IMG/VR virus record: IMGVR_UViG_3300016476_000345
Location: 1-35,716 of that record
Length of the DNA stretch: 35,716 bases
Strand: one strand, 5' to 3'
Origin: a virus
Taxonomy: Duplodnaviria; Caudoviricetes
Below, piece by piece: positions 17,326 to 26,963 of the stretch. The first letter of the stretch is position 1; every line of letters starts with the position of its first letter. A model generated the notes under the pieces. It worked only from the letters and a program-made list of their open reading frames with translations. It did not search any database and was not told where the DNA came from. Both the position numbers and the translations under genes were made by a program.

Positions 17326-17535
17326 TCAGCCTTTACCGAAATGACCGGCGATCCAGGTTAGCAGACCACCCGCCATGCTGGCGATAGTCATGCCCATCCA
17401 GAAACCGCCTTTGCCCTTGTTGGCAAGAGCCACCAGCTCCTCAAGCTGGCGCTCCATCTTGTCGATCTTCTTGTCCATCGTCTGGACGCGCTCCCACAGC
17501 ACGCCATACTTGACCAGATCAATCTCTTCCATCAC
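17326..17535 (-). CDS. Small coiled-coil + TM protein (XhlA/holin-like)
   Basis: 69 aa, KGKGGFW then TM. Confidence 0.6.
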   Translation of the reverse strand: MMEEIDLVKYGVLWERVQTMDKKIDKMERQLEELVALANKGKGGFWMGMTIASMAGGLLTWIAGHFGKG

Positions 17536-17546
17536 TCAGCTCCCGC

Positions 17547-17720
17547 TTACTGGCCCTGCTGGGGTTCATTCGGCGGCAAGGGCGTGTTGCCCTCCTCCAG
17601 CCATTTTAGATACTGCTGGTAGTCGATGTTGGCGGGATCAAAGGGGATGAAGGCGTTGTCGAAGAGGCGTTTGACGCAGGTTGCTGCGCCCATTGAGGTG
17701 TTAGGCAGAAGTTGGTACAT
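17547..17720 (-). CDS. Tail fibre assembly chaperone-like protein, 57 aa (not in ORF track)
   Basis: MYQLL...FIPFDPANIDYQQYLKWLEEGNTP motif; GAGG RBS; start lies inside the 3' end of the HNH gene. Confidence 0.75.
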   Translation of the reverse strand: MYQLLPNTSMGAATCVKRLFDNAFIPFDPANIDYQQYLKWLEEGNTPLPPNEPQQGQ

Positions 17721-18159
17721 GATTTACCTCATTCAAATTTGCAAATTCGCCAAACAGTTCTTTGGCTTTTTTGTTGTATGCACGGGCAGCCTCAACGGCT
17801 GAGCCAAACAAGCCAAGATGTATTGTCTTCCCGTTGATTGTGATACGAGCACGCCACTTATTACGGAACTGCATGACACCTTTAAATGGGCTTCGTGCTG
17901 TCGCCTGATGCCGCTGTTTCATAATGTTTTGCTGATGCGTACAGGCTTGCAGGTTTGCTCTGCGGCAGTCCAATGCGTCACCGTTGATATGGTCAATCAC
18001 GCCATCCAAAGATAAACCCATGCGCTCGGCAACCAGCCGATGCAACAACACTTGCTTGCCACCAATAGATGCCTTGGCATATGTGATGTGCTTGGACGCA
18101 AGGCCCGTCCAGTTGTGCTGGAGCAGGTCTTGGTCTTGTGAGTCTAGTTGGATGTTCAT
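17701..18159 (-). CDS. HNH-AP2 endonuclease
   Basis: [25 protein letters not shown]...WRARI...HLGLF...AARAYN; lower GC. Confidence 0.9.
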   Translation of the reverse strand: MNIQLDSQDQDLLQHNWTGLASKHITYAKASIGGKQVLLHRLVAERMGLSLDGVIDHINGDALDCRRANLQACTHQQNIMKQRHQATARSPFKGVMQFRNKWRARITINGKTIHLGLFGSAVEAARAYNKKAKELFGEFANLNEVNHVPTSA

Positions 18160-19424
18160 AGTTCTATGCTAAATGTTGCGTAGCCTGCGCCAGAGTTGAT
18201 TGATGAAACAGAACCGTTTGTGGTTGCCGCCGCTAGAATAAGCGCACATTCTGCACTTATTGTATTGACAATTAACCCACTAGTATTGATGTTGCTCATT
18301 GTTGGAAGCGTTGCCGTTGGAGCCGCTCTCATTGGCACGGGCAACGACAAGGTTTGACTAACGCCGCCTCCAGCCAATTGATAACCCTGAACACCAAAAT
18401 TGTTAATTACGCCCCCCATGCGTTGAAAATAGCGCATACACATCATCAACTCACGCCCGTAGTCCCTGCGCTCAAACGGCGTGGCCACAGTGCCAGCTTC
18501 AAGCTGGACGCCGGTGATGTAGAAGGTGGCTCCGTTGGTGCCGACTACGGAGACGGTACCGGTTGGCTGAGCCGCGTTTGCGGTACCCCACGTGTTTGCG
18601 GTGCCCGTGTAGTTGGACCCAGAGCCAAGGCCAAAACGAACCTCAATGCCTATTCCGTTACCCGTTCCCCAAGTTCCAGTTGTATCGCCCGCGATAATGA
18701 CGGTTTTTTGTTCCCATGTATTTGCAGAGCTGATCGTATAGCCGAAGGGGTAGCTTCGATTCGCGGCAGCATTGACTAAAGCCCCACCGAACGAGCCAGT
18801 CAGACTGGACCGCACCCAAAATGACAGAGTGATCGACTGTGCGCTGGCTGAACCAAAATTTAGGTCCGCCGTGTTAAAACCCTCAACCGCTTGTGCAAGA
18901 GTAAAAACATCGGTGGTAAGTACCGAGTAAGCGGAAGACGATGTAATACCGAGATAATTACTGAACCCGGCAGGAGGCGTTACCGACCCCGCATTTTGTT
19001 GAATCGTTAACTTGCTGTTTTGGGTAATGCGCGCAATCCAACGGTCTAAACTGTATCCAGACCCAGTGGTCGGGGAAAAACTCGCCCCGTTATTCCTCTG
19101 GTCAATCCGCATATCGCCGTTGATGATGCGGTTGCGGAAGCCGATAGAAGATGCCGTGCCGACAATTGCATCGACGTAAGCAGTAGAGGCTGCGTTGGTG
19201 CTGTTATCGCCACGGGTCTTGGTGGGGACAGTTGCAGTTCCATCCGCGGCATTAAGAGTCTTGCCACTGCCAACCTTAAGGCCCACCGAAGTCCCGGTGC
19301 CATCACCCTTAAAGACAGCGTCAATGGTGTCCAGGTCGCTGTTGAGCTTGGTGCCCCAGGTATCAGTGGAGGCGCCAACCTCGGGTTTGGTAAGCAGCAG
19401 GTTAGTGGTTGTCGTATCAGCCAT
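18156..19424 (-). CDS. Tail fibre / receptor-binding protein
   Basis: KPEVGAS N-terminus, [37 protein letters not shown]...CMRY motifs. Confidence 0.8.
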   Translation of the reverse strand: MADTTTTNLLLTKPEVGASTDTWGTKLNSDLDTIDAVFKGDGTGTSVGLKVGSGKTLNAADGTATVPTKTRGDNSTNAASTAYVDAIVGTASSIGFRNRIINGDMRIDQRNNGASFSPTTGSGYSLDRWIARITQNSKLTIQQNAGSVTPPAGFSNYLGITSSSAYSVLTTDVFTLAQAVEGFNTADLNFGSASAQSITLSFWVRSSLTGSFGGALVNAAANRSYPFGYTISSANTWEQKTVIIAGDTTGTWGTGNGIGIEVRFGLGSGSNYTGTANTWGTANAAQPTGTVSVVGTNGATFYITGVQLEAGTVATPFERRDYGRELMMCMRYFQRMGGVINNFGVQGYQLAGGGVSQTLSLPVPMRAAPTATLPTMSNINTSGLIVNTISAECALILAAATTNGSVSSINSGAGYATFSIEL

Positions 19425-19432
19425 TTAGCACC

Positions 19433-20194
19433 TCATGCAGCAAGCTGCCAAGTTTCGGAATTCTCAGGAATAGGCGTCCAGTCATCAGGGGTGTCGCTTT
19501 GCGCGGCCCAACTGGTAGAAGCGTCAGAGACCGCAGTCCAGACCTCGCCCTGGTCTGGGATGCTTGTCCATGTCTCTGCCGTATCGGATTCTGGCGTCCA
19601 TTTTAGGACAGCACTTGCCGCCATGCCAGAGGCAGATTCGATCAATATCTGACTCGGCTGCACGCGTACGCCGTTTATGGCGACAGAGGATGCGGCATTG
19701 ATCGTGATCGCCTGATTGACGATGACGCTGGTACTGACCGTCATGTCAGCCCAGGCGTCAATCACGATGCTGATAAACGGGACGCGGATCGCGCTCACCG
19801 TCATGACGCTTTGCCCACTAGAGGCAAACGCGCCAATGGCGTATCTCAGGGCCGAGGCGCTAACGGACGAGGCGCCAGCCGAGGTAAAGGCGCCAATGGC
19901 GTAGCGCACCGCCGAGACACTGACCGTAGAGATGGAATCAGCGGAAAAGGCGCCAATGGCTAAACGCTCGGCAGAAGCCGAAACAGACGAGGAGGCCGAG
20001 ACAATAAAAGAGGCGCTCTTTACGACATTAGCCGCGACAGCGGCGCTCGAGTCCGCCGCGCTCGTAAAGGCGCCAATTGCGTAACGGACAGCCGAGATGG
20101 CCGCCGTTGATGATGCTGAGACCGTTACGGCTGCGAGCGATACCCCGTAGGAGTATTTGCCCTGGCCGTATGGCCCGGAGCCGTAAGCAGCCAT
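19433..20194 (-). CDS. Ser/Ala-rich repeat virion protein
   Basis: 20-aa repeats (SAVRYAIGAF...) and C-terminal 10-aa Trp repeats. Confidence 0.7.
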   Translation of the reverse strand: MAAYGSGPYGQGKYSYGVSLAAVTVSASSTAAISAVRYAIGAFTSAADSSAAVAANVVKSASFIVSASSSVSASAERLAIGAFSADSISTVSVSAVRYAIGAFTSAGASSVSASALRYAIGAFASSGQSVMTVSAIRVPFISIVIDAWADMTVSTSVIVNQAITINAASSVAINGVRVQPSQILIESASGMAASAVLKWTPESDTAETWTSIPDQGEVWTAVSDASTSWAAQSDTPDDWTPIPENSETWQLAA

Positions 20195-20201
20195 TTGCCG
20201 A

Positions 20202-20600
20202 TTACGTCAAGGTGACGTCCAGGTCACCAGCCGGGATACGCAGGACGTCTCCATTATTGATCGTCCGCGAGGTGGTCAGTGCTGCCCAGGCCAGCAGGTT
20301 CCCGCCGCTAGAAGCGTCGAAAATGCCAGCGTGCGTAATCGTGCCCCAGTTACCGCCAGAGGCTGCAGCGAATTCAATCGCAGCAGAGTTCGTGGCATTG
20401 GTGGGCGAGGTGCCAGAGACCGAGATCGTGCCGGTTGCGGCACGGGCGTAACCGTTGCCAGAAACCTCAGTGCCGCCGCCAGTGTCGGACGGGGCAGCGG
20501 TGAACAGACCCACATACCAGGCAGTGGGACGGGTCGCGCTGTTGGTGGTCAGCAGCCAATTGAGAACCAGGTTCTCGGTGTAGTCGGTAAATGAAGACAT
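20202..20600 (-). CDS. Small virion structural protein
   Basis: YVGLFTAAP, EVSGNGYAR, WGTITHAGIFDA, GDLDVTL beta-sandwich pattern. Confidence 0.7.
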   Translation of the reverse strand: MSSFTDYTENLVLNWLLTTNSATRPTAWYVGLFTAAPSDTGGGTEVSGNGYARAATGTISVSGTSPTNATNSAAIEFAAASGGNWGTITHAGIFDASSGGNLLAWAALTTSRTINNGDVLRIPAGDLDVTLT

Positions 20601-20612
20601 CGAAAAAACTCC

Positions 20613-21236
20613 TTATCCGAAGGTCCTGGCTCGCATCATGATAGCGCCGCCAGAGGTTGCGCCGCGGTCATCTGCAATTTGTAGTTCCTCAAGGCCGCGA
20701 GTGTAGATAGCTGCCCACACCGGGATCCGAGAATCATCCTTCAGGTAAGGCGCGGCCTGCATGAGCGAACCATACAAATACACATCAGGGGCTTGAGTTA
20801 ATAGCCAATTTGTCGCGTTGGTCGATGACAACTTAGACAACTTGGCGTAGTAAATCAGCTCGGCGGTGTAGGTGGAATCGGGGACAGGCAGAACCCTGAT
20901 CTGGCCGCCAACAATGGAGAAAAACTGCGGCTTGCCCGTAGAAATGTAGGTCGTGGACTTGAGACTGTCGAGGGCATCGACGGTCTCAAAGGTCAGCGAG
21001 GTGACCGGATTGGTGTTGAGCTTGATCGACTTCGTCTCCAGAAAGTCGGCAGGCACCGCGCTGTATTCAGTGTCAATCGACGCCGTCGCCCGCACAATCA
21101 TCTGGCGGGTGCGTAGCGTGCGCTCAATCTGAGCCTCCGCCAAGGCGATGAAGTCAGGAATGACACTGGTTAGGTCCGTCCGGTTCAGCCAGTCGGCGAC
21201 CGACGCCTTCAGCTCGGTGTAGTTGCTCAACGCCAT
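20613..21236 (-). CDS. Head-tail adaptor-like protein
   Basis: WLNRTDL, FIALAE, NWLL...PDVYLYGSL; position after the capsid genes. Confidence 0.65.
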   Translation of the reverse strand: MALSNYTELKASVADWLNRTDLTSVIPDFIALAEAQIERTLRTRQMIVRATASIDTEYSAVPADFLETKSIKLNTNPVTSLTFETVDALDSLKSTTYISTGKPQFFSIVGGQIRVLPVPDSTYTAELIYYAKLSKLSSTNATNWLLTQAPDVYLYGSLMQAAPYLKDDSRIPVWAAIYTRGLEELQIADDRGATSGGAIMMRARTFG

Positions 21237-21893
21237 TTAGGTCGCCTTTTCCTTCTCTAGGTCCTTGATGACCCAGGTGTGGTCGTGCTTGTACTCGAAG
21301 GTCCCGACGTGCCCGATCTCTTTCGAGACGTCGTGGTCAATCCAGATTTTAAAGCCAGCGGCTCGAGCCTTGTTGCAGAAAAATACGTCCTCGCCGATGT
21401 AGCCGCGCTTATCAGTGCGCCACGGGGTCTCGTACCAGGGCTCGGAAAGCGCCTTGAAGACGTCAGCCTTAATCAGCATCACGCCCATGCCCACGGAGCC
21501 CACCTCCTGCAAGCCGGTGCTATCGGGCATCGTCCAGACCAGTTCGCGCTCGCCGTTTTCCTTGTAGATCTGAGCAGTCGGGCCAGTAGGCATCCGGCGC
21601 CGGGCGCAGTTGGTAGCCACAATGTCCACATCGTGCTTGAGCAGCCGCGAGATCATGTCTTGCGGAAAGCGCATATCCGAGTCAATGAACAGGATGTGCG
21701 AGCAGCCTTCGCGCATGGCGTCCAGCGATAGCTCGGCGCGCTGGTTGGCGATCAGCGTGCCCTCGGAGATCTTGAGGGCTACCGCGTCGTTGGTGTTAAG
21801 GGTGTGGAAGCAAACCATGTTCACCAGGTCATAGGTGAACATGGTATGGACCATGTCGCGGGCGGGGGTACAGACGGCGATGTAGTTGCTCAT
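21237..21893 (-). CDS. Glycosyltransferase, GT-A/GT2-like
   Basis: ILFIDSDM DxD, GMGVMLI, GEDVFFC, WIDHDV..IGH. Confidence 0.8.
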   Translation of the reverse strand: MSNYIAVCTPARDMVHTMFTYDLVNMVCFHTLNTNDAVALKISEGTLIANQRAELSLDAMREGCSHILFIDSDMRFPQDMISRLLKHDVDIVATNCARRRMPTGPTAQIYKENGERELVWTMPDSTGLQEVGSVGMGVMLIKADVFKALSEPWYETPWRTDKRGYIGEDVFFCNKARAAGFKIWIDHDVSKEIGHVGTFEYKHDHTWVIKDLEKEKAT

Positions 21894-22207
21894 TACACCT
21901 TCCCCGGGCGCGTGCGGAAATGACGATTTTCACTATCGTTTAACCAGCGCTTCATGTATTCCTGATCGTCGAGCTTGCCCTCAGCTTTCATCTGGTAATA
22001 CAGACTCAGCGGAATCGACGCCACGCGGGACCACTCTCCCCATCGTGCGCGCTCATCCACAAGATTAAATTCTTGCTTGTTCTCTTCAATGATCGCAGAG
22101 ACGTCCTGCGTCGTCTGGATGGTGGCCTCGTCTTTTTCTGCGTCGTAGTGCCACGTGCGGGTGATCCCGAGTTCGGGATTAACGTCGAACAGTTTTTTAT
22201 CGGTCAT
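21893..22207 (-). CDS. Conserved hypothetical protein downstream of MCP (start MTDKKLF)
   Basis: QDVSAII, VASIP, WLND..N..FRT pattern. Confidence 0.75.
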   Translation of the reverse strand: MTDKKLFDVNPELGITRTWHYDAEKDEATIQTTQDVSAIIEENKQEFNLVDERARWGEWSRVASIPLSLYYQMKAEGKLDDQEYMKRWLNDSENRHFRTRPGKV

Positions 22208-22211
22208 AGTT

Positions 22212-22237
22212 AAAAGGGGCCGGGTTTCCCCGGCCCC
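22212..22237 (-). terminator. Terminator after major capsid gene
   Basis: GGGGCCGGG-GAAA-CCCGGCCCC-TTTT. Confidence 0.75.
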
Positions 22238-22245
22238 GTCGTTAC

Positions 22246-23211
22246 TTAGGAAGTAACCAGGTCTGCGGCCAGACCGTGGGCGTTTTCCGCCAGGACCTTC
22301 AGGCCCCACTCGACGATCAGCATACGCTTCTCAGCGTCGCCGGTCTTGGCGAGTTCGACCTGCTGGTACGGACGCAGCACGACCATCTTGGCGTAATCGG
22401 GGTCGATCACGAAGGCGTCGCGCTCGCGCTGGAAGCGGTTCGGGACCACTTGCACGTTACCGAAGTCAGACACGTAGATGTCAGCAGCACCGATGATGGT
22501 GGCAGGACGCGCACCGCCTTCGATGTTGAAGCGCGAAGAGGCGATACCGGCAAAGCCAGACACGCGCTGTTTGTTGACCGGGCCGGTCATCAGGATCTTC
22601 GGGGTGCCACCAGCGGTCCAGACCTTCTGAATGACGTTCTTCAGGATGGTCTCGGTGAAGGTGCGGACGGTGCCATCGGTGCGGCCCAGGGTCGGCAGAG
22701 TGCTGTAGCTGGGGTTGGCGCCGTTGGTGGTGTCGTAGTCGACGTTGGTCTTAATGAAGGCTTGCAGGGAAGCCGAGGTGCGAGCAGCGGTGGTGCTACC
22801 AGAGGTAGTGCCAGCGTTGTTCAGCATCGCAAATTCCTGGTCACGCTTCAGTTCGGCCGAGCGCTTGGCGATCTGATACGCGACTTCCGAGCGACGACCA
22901 GCCTTGTTCACCACCTCTTCGGTGTTGGACAAAACGATGGTTTTGCGGGAAATCTGCGCATAGTTCTGCAGACGCACAGTGGCGGTAACGGCGTCAAACG
23001 AGGTGACGTCGTCGCCTTCCAGCTGGGCGTTGGCAGCAGCAGCGGCCAGGGTGTCGGTTTGCCACTCGTAAAGAGTGTTGGTCACGTTCTCGCGACCAAT
23101 GTTCGACATAAAGGGAGTCTCTTCGGGAGCAATGTTGGTGATAACGTTGCTCAGGTCTTCACGGATACCCTTTGCAGAGTAAGTGGTGAAGGTATTAGTG
23201 ACGATAGCCAT
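22246..23211 (-). CDS. Major capsid protein (SU10-like/DUF5309)
   Basis: REDLS, PEETPF, YEWQTD, NYAQI, YVSDFG, LAKTGDA; strong codon bias. Confidence 0.9.
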   Translation of the reverse strand: MAIVTNTFTTYSAKGIREDLSNVITNIAPEETPFMSNIGRENVTNTLYEWQTDTLAAAAANAQLEGDDVTSFDAVTATVRLQNYAQISRKTIVLSNTEEVVNKAGRRSEVAYQIAKRSAELKRDQEFAMLNNAGTTSGSTTAARTSASLQAFIKTNVDYDTTNGANPSYSTLPTLGRTDGTVRTFTETILKNVIQKVWTAGGTPKILMTGPVNKQRVSGFAGIASSRFNIEGGARPATIIGAADIYVSDFGNVQVVPNRFQRERDAFVIDPDYAKMVVLRPYQQVELAKTGDAEKRMLIVEWGLKVLAENAHGLAADLVTS

Positions 23212-23215
23212 TTTT

Positions 23216-24214
23216 TTACCTCAAAAGAAGTTCAATTGCGGAGGCCGCGTCATCGACGCGACCAGTCTTTGCAAGACGCTGGTTTGCGCGCACGCTTTCG
23301 CTCATCTGCGAGACCCGACCTGCTGCACCAGGCTTGGCAGGTTTGGGCCCGTTGTTGGTAACGGGCTTGATGCCTTGGCGCTTGGCCTGCATCTGGTCAT
23401 ACAGCGCCGCTTTACGCAACGCCAAGACCACCCGGTGGTCGAAAATGTTTCCAAGTTCTTGAGGCGTGAATCCCATCTTTTGACCGAATTCAACGAGCAT
23501 CGCCTTCTCAGCCTTTGCCTTCGCGGGATCTTTCCACGCAGGCAGGGCCTCGATCAGCTTCTCTGACTCTTTGGCCTTCAGAGCCTGGAGCTGCTGCATC
23601 TGCTCTTGCTGCGAGAGCTGGGCAAGTCGCGCCTGTTCGGCCTGAATAGCCGCGGCTTTTTCCCGGTTCTCTCGCATCACCTCCCGCTGCCGCACATATT
23701 CGATGGGGTCTTCTTGATAAAGACGGTCCCAGTCGATCTGTGGCTCGGCCGCGGTTTTCACTTGCTCACTCAACGCATCCAATAATTGAGCGTATTGCTG
23801 GCGCTCGGCCCGGACCGCCTGCAGCTCTGCCTCGGTTGCTTTACGCATCTCGGCGATCTGCTGCGTCTTCCGGGTGTAATCCTGAGTCCTCGAATAGCCC
23901 TTCTGGAGTTCCTCCAAAGTAACCTCGACCTCCTTACCGTCAACCTTGACGGTGAAGACCTTGGGCTCGGCATCGTCCTGGGTGTCTTCTTCTAACTCAG
24001 ATTGTTCAGCCTCGGACTCTTCGCTGGACTCGTCTTGAGCGTCCAGAGATTCATCCAAAGCCGCCGCGGTCTCTTCCTCTTCAGGTTGAGACCCTTGCGT
24101 CTCGCCGCCGTCCTGTTGTCCTTCTTCAGGCAGTATTGCTGCGAGTGCTTGGACCGCTTGGTCCATATTCATGGGGCCAGATGGGGCACTTGCCTGGGGC
24201 GTAGGTGCATTCAT
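23216..24214 (-). CDS. Capsid scaffolding protein
   Basis: Acidic N-terminus, VKVDGKEVEVTLEEL..GY....DYTRKTQ, coiled coil. Confidence 0.85.
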   Translation of the reverse strand: MNAPTPQASAPSGPMNMDQAVQALAAILPEEGQQDGGETQGSQPEEEETAAALDESLDAQDESSEESEAEQSELEEDTQDDAEPKVFTVKVDGKEVEVTLEELQKGYSRTQDYTRKTQQIAEMRKATEAELQAVRAERQQYAQLLDALSEQVKTAAEPQIDWDRLYQEDPIEYVRQREVMRENREKAAAIQAEQARLAQLSQQEQMQQLQALKAKESEKLIEALPAWKDPAKAKAEKAMLVEFGQKMGFTPQELGNIFDHRVVLALRKAALYDQMQAKRQGIKPVTNNGPKPAKPGAAGRVSQMSESVRANQRLAKTGRVDDAASAIELLLR

Positions 24215-24227
24215 TGGTCAGTATTCC

Positions 24228-24485
24228 TTATTTCTTTTGAACACGCTCGATGGCGCGCTGCGCCACCTTGCCGTTGTCGATCACTTTTACCAACTCAGTC
24301 TTCAGGGCCTCGATGGCCTTGAGCATCGACCAGCATTGCTCGCGCTTTGCCGATTCATCTGCCCGCGAAGACTTGAATAACCAAACTTGATCGTTCTCCA
24401 ATTTGGAAAGCGCCGCAACCAGAGTCTCGTCCTCCAGTATTTGCTGCGCGCGCCTTCCTCGCCTTACCTCTTCCTCTTCCGTCAT
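24228..24485 (-). CDS. Small helical protein between portal and scaffold
   Basis: 85 aa, coupled to portal. Confidence 0.75.
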   Translation of the reverse strand: MTEEEEVRRGRRAQQILEDETLVAALSKLENDQVWLFKSSRADESAKREQCWSMLKAIEALKTELVKVIDNGKVAQRAIERVQKK

Positions 24486-26683
24486 TGAGCCATTCCATTA
24501 AGGTTGATGGGTACAGGCACAACTTGCGGCTGCGCCTGTGCTGCCTGCACCGCAGACTGCACGATGCTCGTCTGCTGGCGCATTGCCTCACGGTCCAGAT
24601 TCTGTGCGGCCATTAGTTCCGCATTGCTGATCTGAGTGCCGTACTTTAATTCCATTTCATATTTTTTCAATAGGAACTCTTGCGCCAGTTGATCGCGGCG
24701 GTAATCGTCGTCGCGCATCATTTGCTCGCGCTTGAGCTCCAGCTCGGCGGCTTTCTTCTGAATATCAGCCTGAATCGACTCGGCCTGCACCGACGCCAAG
24801 ACCTCCTCGGGGCTGGGCTTGGGCGGAGTCTGCGGCACCTTGAAGTCGGCCGGGACCTGCATGAAGTATTGAGACGAGTCCTTGAATCCGGACAGCTCAA
24901 CGATTTTTTGCAGCGTGCGGGTATACATCTGCGGGGTCACGACCGGATTGTCCAGGCCATAGGTGCCCAGAATCTGCTCCTGCTTTTGGGCAATCATCGT
25001 CAGGACAGACAGGCGCTCGTTCGGATCGTTGCCGCCAAGGCCGATATTGACCGAGACGTCCATCGACGCATTCCATGCGCGCGGATCAATCGCCACCCAC
25101 TGGTTGCGCAGACGCACCATGCGAGGCTTGTCTTGGTGGGTAGTGAGCAGATACAGAATGCCCTTGAAGAGCTTTTTCATGCCCTCGGCCATGATGCGAG
25201 CAGTCAGCTCCAGCCGAGATTGAGATGCGCTGATCGTGGCGGCCACCGCAGCCTTGGTGGACGACTGCAGGGCATCAGCATTGAGACCCATCGCGGCCTT
25301 GCTCATGCCGGTGCGGTCTTCCTTGAGCTGGTCCATGTACTCGAGCATTGAGTACCCGGCTTGCCCCACGAAGGGCTGCGCCAGGGGCTGGACCATCCCA
25401 GGGGCACGCATACGAATCACGGCGCCCGTCTCGTTGTTCAAGACATCGTCGATGTTGACCTGGCCCTCGACGACCGCAGTGCGCGGGTGGATCGACTGCG
25501 CCAGAGAATCCAGCGTATTGCGCAGAACCTGAGACTTGATCTCCTGGATGTCGTGCGTGATGTCGAACACGCTCATCGCCTCAATGGGCGAGGTGTGCGG
25601 CTCAGGATCAAACGGGAAGTCAACGAACGGGATGTAAGAGGCCGGGAGATTCCGCACCATCTTGTAGCCAGAGCCCATGCAGCAGATCTTGCGCAGCTCG
25701 GGCAGGCCATCATTGTCGTAATCCACCCGGATATACGCCTCGACGTACAGCAGGCGCCGCTGCATCGGGTTCATGGAATCATTCGACCCCATCGTGGTCG
25801 ATAGCGGCTGGCGGGCCAGGTACTCGTCGTTCGTGTCCAGGTCTGTCGACGAGATATTGGGCTCGATCTCGTCCATGTCATAGCCCATCTGCAGCAGCTC
25901 GCCCACGGTGAGCATCTGGCGGTGGGCGATGATCCCGGCCTCCTCGAAGGAGCGAGCGCGGCGGTCGATAATCAGCTCTTCCGGCGGCACCGCCATGATG
26001 CGGATACGGCCGTCGCGCAGTACGCGCTTGACCTGGACGTCGTGCAGCATCGGAACCGGCGGCGCCTCAATGCCAGCCGCAGCAGCCTGGGCCTGCACAT
26101 CAGCAATCGTCGCCTCGGAGATCGCGGGGTCGGGATACGACATCACGATCTTGACCTCGGCGTCTTCCTGCATCAGGACGTTGACTGTCTGGTCGTCCAG
26201 GCCGCTGTAGTCCTCAATCCGCACTTCGGCGGTTTCCTCCCACCAATACTTAGCAATTCCGCACTTGCGCACCAATGCGTCCTTGAAGATCGCATAGGAC
26301 TGCATGAATCCGTTGTTGTCGGACGTGAAGACGTAATTGGAGTAGTCTGTGGCCTGTTGGGCACCGGCCTCGTCCTCGGGGCCGCGGGGGACAAACTCCA
26401 CCACGTTCTCGGACGAGAAAAACACCTTCATGAGAGAAGGCATCATCGCCGAGACCGTGTCTCGCACCTCCATCGCCACGACCTGCGAGCGACCATCTTC
26501 CTCATTCCCAAACGGGTCGCCACGGTAATACTCGGTGCCCTTGGCGCGAATCGGCGAGATGTCCGAGTCGATGTAGGAAACGGCGTCCTGCAGCTCGCCG
26601 TTAATGATCGACTGCAGCTCGGCGTCGTCCATCGGCTGGGGGGCCACGACGTCCACGGACAGGGGCATATCAATAGGGTTCAT
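24482..26683 (-). CDS. Portal protein (podovirus type)
   Basis: 733 aa; YYRG, GRSQVV, FKDAL, D.QEIKS..LRN.LD, C-terminal coiled coil. Confidence 0.88.
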   Translation of the reverse strand: MNPIDMPLSVDVVAPQPMDDAELQSIINGELQDAVSYIDSDISPIRAKGTEYYRGDPFGNEEDGRSQVVAMEVRDTVSAMMPSLMKVFFSSENVVEFVPRGPEDEAGAQQATDYSNYVFTSDNNGFMQSYAIFKDALVRKCGIAKYWWEETAEVRIEDYSGLDDQTVNVLMQEDAEVKIVMSYPDPAISEATIADVQAQAAAAGIEAPPVPMLHDVQVKRVLRDGRIRIMAVPPEELIIDRRARSFEEAGIIAHRQMLTVGELLQMGYDMDEIEPNISSTDLDTNDEYLARQPLSTTMGSNDSMNPMQRRLLYVEAYIRVDYDNDGLPELRKICCMGSGYKMVRNLPASYIPFVDFPFDPEPHTSPIEAMSVFDITHDIQEIKSQVLRNTLDSLAQSIHPRTAVVEGQVNIDDVLNNETGAVIRMRAPGMVQPLAQPFVGQAGYSMLEYMDQLKEDRTGMSKAAMGLNADALQSSTKAAVAATISASQSRLELTARIMAEGMKKLFKGILYLLTTHQDKPRMVRLRNQWVAIDPRAWNASMDVSVNIGLGGNDPNERLSVLTMIAQKQEQILGTYGLDNPVVTPQMYTRTLQKIVELSGFKDSSQYFMQVPADFKVPQTPPKPSPEEVLASVQAESIQADIQKKAAELELKREQMMRDDDYRRDQLAQEFLLKKYEMELKYGTQISNAELMAAQNLDREAMRQQTSIVQSAVQAAQAQPQVVPVPINLNGMAQ

Positions 26684-26687
26684 ATCC

Positions 26688-26963
26688 TCACCATTTCACT
26701 TTATTTGCCCAGTACGCCGCACTCATCTTGCCCTTGGCAATGTTCTCAGCGTGCCGCGCCTTGAATGATTCGCGCCGAGCTTTGTCGGCTTTGGACTCGC
26801 CTTCGCGCTTGGGCGAGCCGCTTACACCTTGCTGGCCGAAGCGAATCAGCTTCACCTCGTCGCCAGATTTGGCCAGCACCGCATGGCTCTTCGTGGGATG
26901 CGAAGGCGTGCGCTTGGGCTTGTTGTAGCCCGAAAACGTCTCAGATCCGCGCTTGACTGTCAT
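26688..26963 (-). CDS. Small basic conserved phage protein (start MTVKRG)
   Basis: YNKPKRTP, LIRFGQQG, SFKARH, SAAYWANKVKW. Confidence 0.75.
   Translation of the reverse strand: MTVKRGSETFSGYNKPKRTPSHPTKSHAVLAKSGDEVKLIRFGQQGVSGSPKREGESKADKARRESFKARHAENIAKGKMSAAYWANKVKW

Noticed and set aside
17701-19424. DGR, shufflon or group I intron at the tail fibre
   Set aside because: No reverse transcriptase, invertase or template repeat; the HNH gene overlaps both neighbours, leaving no room for a ribozyme
22276-23361. 361-aa plus-strand ORF opposite the capsid gene
   Set aside because: Shadow ORF from strong codon bias; the same applies to 11357-12433, 25922-26764, 33574-34563 and 34635-35651
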